A stretch of 33,593 nt of DNA from an uncultured Anaerolineae bacterium (GTDB taxonomy: Bacteria > Chloroflexota > Anaerolineae > JAAYZQ01), in contig CBDUWJ010000001.1 of assembly GCA_965370895.1 (NCBI GenBank), positions 1 through 33,593 of the forward strand. Reading direction: 5' to 3'. The translations under genes were made by a program, and so were the position numbers. Below are positions 9,269 to 17,154 of this stretch, piece by piece. Position 1 is the first letter of the stretch; every line of letters begins with the position of its first letter. Under the pieces are notes generated by a model. The model was not told the origin of the DNA. It searched no databases and saw only the letters and a list, made by a program, of their open reading frames with translations.

Positions 9269-9739
9269 ATGCCCGTTACGTCGCGGACGTTGATCAAGGC
9301 TTCTATCCTCTATCTCTGTCTGGGCACGATTATGGGTGCCCTCATGTTGGTCGATCGCTGGATTGAGCTGGGACCAGCCATCGCCTACTTGCGGGTCAGC
9401 CACATGCAGGTCCTCATCGTCGGCTGGCTGACCCAGCTTATCCTGGGGGTGGCCTGGTGGCTGTTTCCTACTCTCAAGACTGGCCGGCGCTCCGCTGAGC
9501 CCTTGCCTGCCCGCCGCGGTCAGCTCCAGCGGGGCAACGAACCCCTCTTTTGGGCGACCTTTGTCTGCCTCAACGCCGGCATCCTGTTGCGGGCCATCTT
9601 TGACCCACTCTATAGCTGGAGCAAGGTCGACGCTTTCGGCTTTCTGACCGGCATTTCGGGCTTGTTTCTGCTCCTGGCGGCGGTTGCCTTGGTGGCGAAC
9701 ATGTGGACCAGGGTGCGGGTGCTTGGCCGCGGTAAGTAG
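9269..9739 (+). CDS. 4-TM membrane protein of unknown function (paralog B)
   Basis: 156 aa, starting 9 nt after the paralog A stop, with a GAGGAA SD. Conserved block SHMQVLIVGWLTQLILGVAWWLFP and FVCLNAGILLR (compare FICLNAGLLLR in A). Confidence 0.7.
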   Translation: MPVTSRTLIKASILYLCLGTIMGALMLVDRWIELGPAIAYLRVSHMQVLIVGWLTQLILGVAWWLFPTLKTGRRSAEPLPARRGQLQRGNEPLFWATFVCLNAGILLRAIFDPLYSWSKVDAFGFLTGISGLFLLLAAVALVANMWTRVRVLGRGK

Positions 9740-9796
9740 AACCCGGTCGTCAACGCGCGTGCTCATCCGGATAGGTACGGAGACGAGGAATGCATA

Positions 9797-10750
9797 CTAC
9801 TGGGTCTTGGGTTTTGTCGCACCAAGTTCCGCGCGCGAGGCGATGTAGATGCCGGTCAGAACCACGGCCCCGCCGATGGCTGTAGCCTTGGTGAGCATCT
9901 CGTCAAGGAGGAGGTAGGCGAGGATGCCGGAGCCGATGGGCTCGGCCAGGGTGATGATGGAGACGTAGGTAGCCGACAGATAACGCAAGGCCCAATTGAG
10001 CGTCGAGTGTCCGATGAGCTGCGGCACCAGCCCTAGAGCCAGCAGATAGCCATATGCCACGGGAGTGAATCCAAACATCGGCGTGCCTGTCACGATCACC
10101 AGGAGCACAAGAGTCACCATCGCCACGCCGTACACCAGGGCGATGTAGGTCGTCAGGGAGCGACCGGCGCGCACCTTGCGCCCGATGAGCAGGTAGCCCG
10201 CGACCATGGCAGCGCCAGTCACCGCCAGTAGGTCACCCAGCAATTGGTCCTGGCCCTGGCCCAGGTCGCCCCAACTGACCGTTATGCTGCCGACAGCGGC
10301 CAGGGCGATGCCTGTTGCCAGCAGGAGGGTGGGACGCTCGCGCAAGAAGATCCAGGAGCCCAGACCGACAAAAACGGGACCCATGGACACCAGCACCACA
10401 GAACTGGCGACAGACGTGTAGCCCAACGACGCGATCCAGGTGGCAAAGTGCAGTCCCAGGAACACGCCCGAAGCAACGAGCAGCCTCCATTCGTGCCCGG
10501 TGAGATCCCGGATCTCCGCACGGTGGGTGGTCCAGGCGTAGGGCAGCAATATCATCGAGGCAAAGATCAGCCGCCAGGCGGCAATCGAGAGGCTGGGCAC
10601 CCCTTCGGCCTGGGCAAGACGGATGAGAATGGCGGCGCTGGAGATGGCGACGATGCCGATCCCCAAGGTAACCAAGAGACGGGCACCAGATACCCCTGGA
10701 TGGCTCCCTGGTTCCAAATTCATGACGACCATTATACCAGGATTCAGCAC
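9797..10750 (-). CDS. DMT superfamily (EamA-like) transporter
   Basis: 317 aa with about 10 hydrophobic helices in two EamA-like halves. The start may be an internal Met. Confidence 0.8.
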   Translation of the reverse strand: MLNPGIMVVMNLEPGSHPGVSGARLLVTLGIGIVAISSAAILIRLAQAEGVPSLSIAAWRLIFASMILLPYAWTTHRAEIRDLTGHEWRLLVASGVFLGLHFATWIASLGYTSVASSVVLVSMGPVFVGLGSWIFLRERPTLLLATGIALAAVGSITVSWGDLGQGQDQLLGDLLAVTGAAMVAGYLLIGRKVRAGRSLTTYIALVYGVAMVTLVLLVIVTGTPMFGFTPVAYGYLLALGLVPQLIGHSTLNWALRYLSATYVSIITLAEPIGSGILAYLLLDEMLTKATAIGGAVVLTGIYIASRAELGATKPKTQ

Positions 10751-10770
10751 AGGGGGAAAGAAAGCGAGGG

Positions 10771-11256
10771 ATGATGCAGGCGGATGACATCACAAGGATC
10801 AAAGACAAAGGTATGACGGCACGGGCCAGACTGCTGGCTGCTGTGGATGGCTTTGATGGTGCGGCATGGGAATGGCGCCCGGAGGATGGTCGCTGGTCGG
10901 CGCGGATGACACTGGCTCATGTGGGTTCCGCCCAGTGGAGTCACTTGGAAGTGGCGCGCTGCCTGGTTGCCGGACAGCCACTAGAACTCCCCGGATTTGA
11001 CCTGGATGTCTGGAACGCCGCTCAGGTAGGCAAACGAGCTGACTGGTCGGTGGCTCAGGTCCTGGCCGATCTGGAGGCTGCCCACCGGGAGACACTAGCC
11101 TTTCTGGATGCGCTGGACGCCAAGAATCTGGCGGTCACGGGCTTGCACCCGGCATTGGGCGAGGTGAGCGTGGGCCAGGTGTTGCGGATCATCGCCTTGC
11201 ACGACAACTTGCACCGGCGGGACATCCTGCAACTCCAGCTCGAGATGGGCCGGTAG
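10771..11256 (+). CDS. DinB family (DinB_2-like four-helix bundle) protein
   Basis: 161 aa. LAHVGSAQWSH...HRETLAFL...LHDNLHRRDILQL matches the DinB-type His triad layout. Confidence 0.7.
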   Translation: MMQADDITRIKDKGMTARARLLAAVDGFDGAAWEWRPEDGRWSARMTLAHVGSAQWSHLEVARCLVAGQPLELPGFDLDVWNAAQVGKRADWSVAQVLADLEAAHRETLAFLDALDAKNLAVTGLHPALGEVSVGQVLRIIALHDNLHRRDILQLQLEMGR

Positions 11257-11325
11257 GCCGCAACTCCCCCCATTTTGCCGGCTTTTGTCGCTCCGTAGGT
11301 CCAGCGACGACATTTGGGGGTGGAT

Positions 11326-11353
11326 TTGACATGTTGCAGATGTCTGGTATAAT
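11326..11353 (+). promoter_or_regulatory. sigma70 consensus promoter upstream of the 4xCNB gene
   Basis: TTGACA (11326-11331) - 16 nt - TATAAT (11348-11353). GAGGAGG SD lies further downstream, before GTG 11387. Confidence 0.65.
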
Positions 11354-11386
11354 TGCGGGGTGCTCGCGAGGAGGTAACCGACGAGA

Positions 11387-14062
11387 GTGAAATTACGTTA
11401 CGTTGGGAATGCGCCATTCTTCTCTGCCCTGTCGGAGCAGGAACAGGAATGCATTTCCCAACAGATGCACCTGGAACACCGCCGCAATGGTGAGGTTTTG
11501 TTCCAGCCAGGGGACGACAGTACAACTCTATATCTGATCAAATCCGGATGGGTGCGATTGGTCGCTGACGGCGGAGTAGTGCTCGCCAGTCAGGGGCCCG
11601 GAAGCCTGGTGGGCGAGACGGACCTCTTTTTGGAGAAGCCTCGGTCCGTAGGCGCAACCGTAGCTTCTGACGCTGAGCTCTGGGTTCTGACCAGAGGAGA
11701 CCTGGCTGACCTGATCGCGGAAACACCCCAGATTGGCCTGAAACTTGCCCTGGCATTTGGTGGGCGTATTGCGCTCTTTGAGCGCTATCTCTGCGAACAA
11801 CGCCTGAAGCCACTCCCTTTCCTCACTGGTCTGGACGATGAGGATCTAGCGGCCATCGCTCACCGGTTGGTCCCTGTGGAAAAGAAAGAGGGCGAGTTCA
11901 TCGTCGAAGCAGGCCAGCCCCCAGAGGCGTTGTTCATTGTCGAATCTGGTCAGGTGCGCTTACCGAGTTCTGAAGAAGGGGGAGATTTCTCGGAGCTCGG
12001 TGCGGGGGAGACCTTTGGCGAGCTGGCGCTGCTCACTGGCAAGCCGCACGCGCGGTCTGCTGTGGCAGCGACGGATGTGACCCTGTGGGCTTTGCCCGCT
12101 GCCGAGTTCGAGGCGTTGGCAGAAGAGTGCCCCGACATCCGTCTGGCCTTCAGCGAGGCTTTCCGAGAGCCGTTGTCATCGCAGGACCAGAACCAGGCAA
12201 TGGTTCGACTCTCTACCATGCGCCTGTTTGCCGGTCTGTCGGACGAGGCCTTGTGGGCTGTAGCCCAGCGCCTGCTTCTGCGCCACGTGCCAGCCGGTGA
12301 ACAGATCTATGCCAAGGGAGCACCAGGTGACGCTCTCTATCTGATTGACACCGGCCAGGTTGATTTCGTACCCAGTGGACGCACCATGGAGGGCGACGAG
12401 TTCTTTGGCGAGATGGCGCTGCTGACGGGCAAGCCGCGTACCACGGGTGCCAGGGCGACCCAGAACACCAATCTATGGGTGCTCTACCGTTCCGACTTTG
12501 ACGATCTGGTCAATCGTTATCCGGCCATCAGTGTAGGACTGAGCAAAGTTCTCAGCGAGCGGCTGGTCGAAATGGACCGCCGCTTCACCGAGAATCACCT
12601 GCGCGGCTTGAAGTTGCTGGCGGGGCTTTCCTCCACCCAACTGGAAGATGTAAGCCACCGGCTAAAACCGGTCCGCTTCCGCCGGGGAGAAACCATCATC
12701 CGCGAGAGCGGCCCAGGCGATGAGATGTTCTTCATCGAGTCGGGACAGGTGCAGGTAGCTCGGAGGGACGGGGCAGATGCTCTGATCCTGGCTGAGTTGG
12801 CGGCCGGCGACCTCTTTGGCGAAATGGCCCTGCTCACCGGGAATCCTCGGTCGGCCAGCGTGACAGCGCTCAGCGACGTGAACCTGTGGGCCATGTCCCA
12901 GGTCGACTTTGACGATCTGATGATCACCTACCCCAATCTGGCCCTAGCTCTCAGTCGCCTACTGAGCGAGCGACTGCGCAGCACCGACGAGCGGCTCCTG
13001 ACACGAGGGGCCGTGCCGGCCCCGGTCCAGCCCAGGGCAGAGCGTGCAGTACGGCCGCGCCCAGTGGTCGTGCCTGTGCCAAGGGCCCGACCGGCTCCAA
13101 AGCCGCGTCGAGCCGTTCGGCCAAAGCCCGTTGCTCGACCGGCCCGAGCGAAGCCAGCGCGTAACCTCACTGCCGAGTTAAAGGAATGGTTTGGTGGTAT
13201 TGTCGCCTGGTTTGGCAGCCTAAGCCGTGGCGCCAAGGTGCGGCTAGTGTTGGTCAGCACGCTGTTGGCCTGGCTGGTGTTTATCGTCGCGCCCGCCATG
13301 GTCATCTCGACGCTGGCTGCCGAGCAAGTGACCAATCTACAGGGCGCCATCGCCTTTGTGCAGACCACCACGCCGTTGCCCACAGACACACCATTGCCGA
13401 CCAATACACCGCTCCCGCCCACTCCCATCCCACCCACAGCTACGCTCGTGCCGCCCACAGCGACCCCGGTGCCTCCGACGCCCGTGCCGGCCACACCTAC
13501 GCCTGTGCCGCCCACGGCTACTCCGGTGCCTCCGACGCCCGTGCCGCCTACCGCCACCCCGGTGCCGGCCACAGCAACGCCGGTACCAGCCAAGGCGGCC
13601 GCCAAGCCGGCGCCGAAGGCAGCAGCGGCAGCGCAGAGGCCTCAACCACCACGTGACCTCGATCCTAGATTGGATGGGCTGAACGTCAGGATACAGCCCG
13701 CAAATGTCCAGCCGGGACAGAGCTACTGGCGACTGGTAAAGGCCTATTGGCAGAATAAAGAGGAGTCGGGCAACGATCACACGATCTATGTCGAAGTGTT
13801 GGACGAGAACGGTACCCGGCTCGTGGGCCAGCCACTGGAAATGCGCTGGCAGGATGGCAACTTGCCTCTGCTCACCGAGAACAAGCCCCCGCACGAATAC
13901 CCTGTCAACTTTCCCATGTTCGGCACGTTGGGCTCATATTCGGTGAGTATCAATGGCCTGCCCAGTGATACAGTCGTGGGCATGGGTATGGGCACCATTG
14001 AACAACCGGCCTTTACCATTCATACGAACTTTATGCTGACCTTCCAGCGGGTCAAGCGCTGA
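11387..14062 (+). CDS. four tandem cyclic-nucleotide-binding domains + single TM helix + PT-rich linker + uncharacterised extracytoplasmic C-terminal domain
   Basis: The CNB signature recurs four times: LVGETDLFLEKPRSVGA, FGELALLTGKPHARSA, FGEMALLTGKPRTTGA, FGEMALLTGNPRSASV. An Arg/Pro-rich stretch follows, then the TM helix LVLVSTLLAWLVFIVAPAMVISTLAA, then PT repeats, then about 140 aa of unknown fold. GTG start. Confidence 0.85.
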   Translation: MKLRYVGNAPFFSALSEQEQECISQQMHLEHRRNGEVLFQPGDDSTTLYLIKSGWVRLVADGGVVLASQGPGSLVGETDLFLEKPRSVGATVASDAELWVLTRGDLADLIAETPQIGLKLALAFGGRIALFERYLCEQRLKPLPFLTGLDDEDLAAIAHRLVPVEKKEGEFIVEAGQPPEALFIVESGQVRLPSSEEGGDFSELGAGETFGELALLTGKPHARSAVAATDVTLWALPAAEFEALAEECPDIRLAFSEAFREPLSSQDQNQAMVRLSTMRLFAGLSDEALWAVAQRLLLRHVPAGEQIYAKGAPGDALYLIDTGQVDFVPSGRTMEGDEFFGEMALLTGKPRTTGARATQNTNLWVLYRSDFDDLVNRYPAISVGLSKVLSERLVEMDRRFTENHLRGLKLLAGLSSTQLEDVSHRLKPVRFRRGETIIRESGPGDEMFFIESGQVQVARRDGADALILAELAAGDLFGEMALLTGNPRSASVTALSDVNLWAMSQVDFDDLMITYPNLALALSRLLSERLRSTDERLLTRGAVPAPVQPRAERAVRPRPVVVPVPRARPAPKPRRAVRPKPVARPARAKPARNLTAELKEWFGGIVAWFGSLSRGAKVRLVLVSTLLAWLVFIVAPAMVISTLAAEQVTNLQGAIAFVQTTTPLPTDTPLPTNTPLPPTPIPPTATLVPPTATPVPPTPVPATPTPVPPTATPVPPTPVPPTATPVPATATPVPAKAAAKPAPKAAAAAQRPQPPRDLDPRLDGLNVRIQPANVQPGQSYWRLVKAYWQNKEESGNDHTIYVEVLDENGTRLVGQPLEMRWQDGNLPLLTENKPPHEYPVNFPMFGTLGSYSVSINGLPSDTVVGMGMGTIEQPAFTIHTNFMLTFQRVKR
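13364..13590 (+). repeat. in-frame Pro/Thr-rich tandem repeat (57-nt unit, about 2.5 copies, from 13448) inside the 4xCNB gene
   Basis: gtgccgcccacagcgaccccggtgcctccgacgcccgtgccg at 13448 recurs at 13505 with a few substitutions. It encodes VPPTATPVPPTPVP(A/P)T. Confidence 0.8.
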
Positions 14063-14075
14063 CCTCTTGGTACGA

Positions 14076-14114
14076 TAAAAAGGGGCGGACAGACTGTCCG
14101 CCCCTTTGCCTTTT
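14076..14114. terminator. bidirectional rho-independent terminator between convergent genes
   Basis: ATAAAAA-GGGGCGGACAG-A-CTGTCCGCCCC-TTTGCCTTTT. Perfect 11-nt arms, with an A-run on one side and a T-run on the other. Confidence 0.8.
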
Positions 14115-14193
14115 GCACCGCTTTCGCAGACATGCCAAGCTACCCCACCGCAGACAGAGCATCCGAAGGCAACCACGATGGTCTCCCGCGGCG

Positions 14194-17124
14194 TCAGTGC
14201 ACCAGGCTGATTTTCGTGTCCAGCAGAAGATGGTCCCCCAGCGCCTTACCCATCTCGTCCAGGATGGGCAAACGCTGCCCCGTCGCCCCCTGATACATCC
14301 CGATCTCGACAACGTACTCGCCTGGCGGGGCATCGGCGCTGATCGGGATTTGGTATTGATCCACGATCACTTCCTGCGATACCCAGCCGGTCGTCGGCAG
14401 GGCACCTCCGCCGGGCACGTTGTCCTTCTGCCCCCAGAGACGTGCGTTCCCGTCCAGCAGATGGGTAAAGACGGTGTAAGAAATATCGCCCTCGGTCACG
14501 GCTTGCCAATAGAGGGTCAAGTGCAGAGTCTCACCAGGCCTGACCTGCTCTTCTCCCAGATCGTAGCCCAAGAACCGGATCTCCTCCCCCAGTTGGGCGA
14601 CCTGCGGATGGCTGATAGCCGGCACCTGGAACAAGCGGCCTGGTCCCTGGACCTCTACCCATCCTAGTTTTGCCGGGGCCAGCCTGCCGGATTCGGTCGC
14701 CGCCAGTTGTACCACCAGTTGGTACTTGCCCGCTGACATGTCGGGGGCTAGCCTGAGGTCATGCCGGTCCCGCCAGAGGTCATTGGCCTGCCACTCAGAC
14801 GTGGGGTAGGCGGGCCCTTCAGCCCACTCGGCCGCCACCTCTCCTCCCTCGCCAACCAGTTGCATGATCACGGTATAATCGCGGGCGATTTCTGCCTGGG
14901 CGAGCCAGTAGAGAGCCAGGTACATTGTCTCACCGGGGCCGACCAGCTCCCGATCCAGACTATAGCCCACCAAGTCCAGGTCGGGGGCCAGATGCACCTC
15001 GGCTAACGGCACCTCCGGCTCCACAGCGCCCCGCCGCCACGGCCTGTTGATTTCTACGGGGCCGAGGGCTAGTCTATCCCCGACGGGCACACCCTCCTCG
15101 TCCATGAGCTGGACCTGGGTCAGGGTTTCGGGGTCATAAAGGGCCAAATAGAGCTGATAGGTGCCTGGTACGGTAGCAGGTAGGGTGGGCAGCAGGTGAT
15201 AGCTGGTCACCACCTGGCCTGGCTCCCACCGGCCGGTTGCTTGGTGTTCGTTGGACAACAGCCAGGTGTCAGACTGGCCAGCCAGGTGCCCCTGTTCGTC
15301 GAACAGTCGCAGAGAAGCCTTGTAATCGTGGGCCGGCGCTTGCTGGGTCTGCCAGCGTAGAGCAATCAAAGTCGTTTCGCCCGAGGGGGTACTGGGGTCG
15401 TGGGCCTGGGCCACCAATCTCAGCTCGTGGCCAAAGCTCGCCTGGACTGCGGCAAAATCGAACGGGGCGGCAAAGTCCACGGCAGCAGAGGGAAGCTCGT
15501 ACGTGACGATTCGATAGCCGCGAAAGGCCCTCTCCTCGACTTTCTGGCCGAACTTTTCCAGGAAGAAAGGCAGAACCTGGCGGGGATCGGCATCCACGTG
15601 ATTCCCGTGAGTCCAGACGATCAGGTGCACCCGGCTCTTGCCCGCGCTGATGTCGGTCAGATCGCGGGCCACGGTCGCGTCGTCAACAAAGATGTAGTGG
15701 AATGGCACGCTGCTCCGATGCAGCAGCTCCAGAGGGTATTCACGATAGTCCTCACCCCGGCGGTCGTAATTCACAGGAAAGATATAGACCGCCTCGGGGT
15801 CGGTGTCGCGATTGATCTGCTCAGCCAGGTCGGCCATGTGGCCGTAATAGGCATAGTAGACCTCCTCCCGCTGGCGCCAGTCGTCAAAGTAATCATGCCA
15901 GGTGTTGTAGCCTGCCCACAGCAGGTAGAATGGCAGCACCGCCAAGAGCGCCAGCGGGATGGCGGTCCGAAGACGGCGAGAGCGTAGCGGCAGGGGCGAC
16001 AATAGACCGGCCAGGGCCCGCGCTGAGATGATGCACACAACCGGCAGGGTCCCGATGGCGCGCAAGCTGTGAGGGATCGGGTCGGGTGCCAAGATGCTTG
16101 GCAGCAACATGATTAGCCACCACACCACCAGGAAGAGGTAACGCGGCTGCCTCCAGCGGGTCAGGCACAGGACAAGCCCTAGCCAGAACAGAACGGCCTG
16201 CACGAGGTCCAGGCCCGGCCGGCCAGGGATATTGTACACCCAGTTCTCGTCGCCCGCAAAGCCAAAGAGCCCCAGGTTGCCCAACAGGCTGCGTACGAAC
16301 AGCCCTCCCAGGTCCCCCTGATGAAGGTGCGGGTTGAGGATGGACACCCCCCTGGCCCGCAACATAAAGTCCTCGGAGTGAGACACAAAGTAGGTCAACA
16401 GCGGCGCAAAGACCAGCAGGGCCACGATTCCCAGCAGGACCCAGCTACGCCAACGTGGGATGATCAGCTCCCTTCCCTTTCGGGTCAGCAACAGCACGGA
16501 AAAAAAGACGACTAGAACGATGGGCACAAACCGGGCAGAGGTGTATGTATAGAGGCTTAGGCCGAGGAAGAAACCACTGGCAACGTACGCCCCGGGTCGC
16601 CCGGTCCGTACCGCGCGCCACAGAAAGAGGAAACAGAGAACCTCAGTAAGCGGCAGGTAATTGGCGCGGAAACTGAGGTGATTCAAAGCTAGATGCCAGA
16701 AGGAGATGGCTAAGAACAGGGCCGCCAGCAGGGCTGTCACTTGCGCCTTGCGCTTCTCCTCTTCGTCAAAGAGTTCCCGAGCCAGCAGGTAGGTGGCCAG
16801 GACGGTCAGGGTGCCGACGAGGGCAATCGGCAGGCGAAGCGCCAGCAGTGTGGGTCCGAGCAGGGCCACCAGCGGCGCCGCCACGTAGACAAAGAGCATC
16901 TCCCGGCCGTACGACCGCGGAGAGAAGATCATGTGGCGGCCGTCTAGCACGTCCAGGGCATCAAGGGCGGCTGCGGCTTCGTCGTAGTGGGGGCCAGGCG
17001 GCACGTGGCCGATCTGATACAATCGGAAGCAAGCCGCCAGAGCCAGGATAAGGAGTAGGCACGCTACCTCAGCCCAGCGCGGCAGGGGAAGTCGCCACCA
17101 AGTCAATACGCGGCGGATGGCCAT
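14194..17124 (-). CDS. glycosyltransferase family 39 (ArnT/PMT-like) membrane protein with large repeated extracytoplasmic C-terminal region
   Basis: 976 aa. The N-terminal half is polytopic, with an early DEAAAALDALD-type loop typical of GT-C/GT39 enzymes. The C-terminal roughly 400 aa carry three related modules: GETTLIALRWQ..DYKASL, GETMYLALYWLA..DYTVIM, GETLHLTLYWQA..SYTVFT. GGGGGA SD. The gene starts 30 nt after the upstream GH gene. Confidence 0.8.
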   Translation of the reverse strand: MAIRRVLTWWRLPLPRWAEVACLLLILALAACFRLYQIGHVPPGPHYDEAAAALDALDVLDGRHMIFSPRSYGREMLFVYVAAPLVALLGPTLLALRLPIALVGTLTVLATYLLARELFDEEEKRKAQVTALLAALFLAISFWHLALNHLSFRANYLPLTEVLCFLFLWRAVRTGRPGAYVASGFFLGLSLYTYTSARFVPIVLVVFFSVLLLTRKGRELIIPRWRSWVLLGIVALLVFAPLLTYFVSHSEDFMLRARGVSILNPHLHQGDLGGLFVRSLLGNLGLFGFAGDENWVYNIPGRPGLDLVQAVLFWLGLVLCLTRWRQPRYLFLVVWWLIMLLPSILAPDPIPHSLRAIGTLPVVCIISARALAGLLSPLPLRSRRLRTAIPLALLAVLPFYLLWAGYNTWHDYFDDWRQREEVYYAYYGHMADLAEQINRDTDPEAVYIFPVNYDRRGEDYREYPLELLHRSSVPFHYIFVDDATVARDLTDISAGKSRVHLIVWTHGNHVDADPRQVLPFFLEKFGQKVEERAFRGYRIVTYELPSAAVDFAAPFDFAAVQASFGHELRLVAQAHDPSTPSGETTLIALRWQTQQAPAHDYKASLRLFDEQGHLAGQSDTWLLSNEHQATGRWEPGQVVTSYHLLPTLPATVPGTYQLYLALYDPETLTQVQLMDEEGVPVGDRLALGPVEINRPWRRGAVEPEVPLAEVHLAPDLDLVGYSLDRELVGPGETMYLALYWLAQAEIARDYTVIMQLVGEGGEVAAEWAEGPAYPTSEWQANDLWRDRHDLRLAPDMSAGKYQLVVQLAATESGRLAPAKLGWVEVQGPGRLFQVPAISHPQVAQLGEEIRFLGYDLGEEQVRPGETLHLTLYWQAVTEGDISYTVFTHLLDGNARLWGQKDNVPGGGALPTTGWVSQEVIVDQYQIPISADAPPGEYVVEIGMYQGATGQRLPILDEMGKALGDHLLLDTKISLVH

Positions 17125-17154
17125 GCGTCATCCCCCATTACGCCGGCACCCGGC

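Noticed and set aside
8660-9766. N-terminal ~370 aa of the 487-aa minus-strand ORF
   Set aside because: It is antisense to the two well-formed 4-TM genes and has a low-complexity Q/G/P/R-rich composition. Only the last 118 aa (8303-8659), with their own SD and ATG, look genuine.
13364-13590. Possible CRISPR-like repeat array
   Set aside because: The repeats are contiguous with no spacers, lie in frame within a coding sequence, and encode a Pro/Thr linker.
12928-13605. 225-aa minus-strand ORF with GTGVAV repeats
   Set aside because: It is the antisense reading of the PT-repeat region of the 4xCNB gene.
11387-14062. Pycsar/CBASS-type cNMP-sensing membrane effector
   Set aside because: No cyclase or other defence gene is adjacent (DinB lies upstream and a convergent GT39 operon downstream). 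The four CNB domains and the large extracellular part do not resemble the compact PycTM layout. The link remains only a remote possibility.
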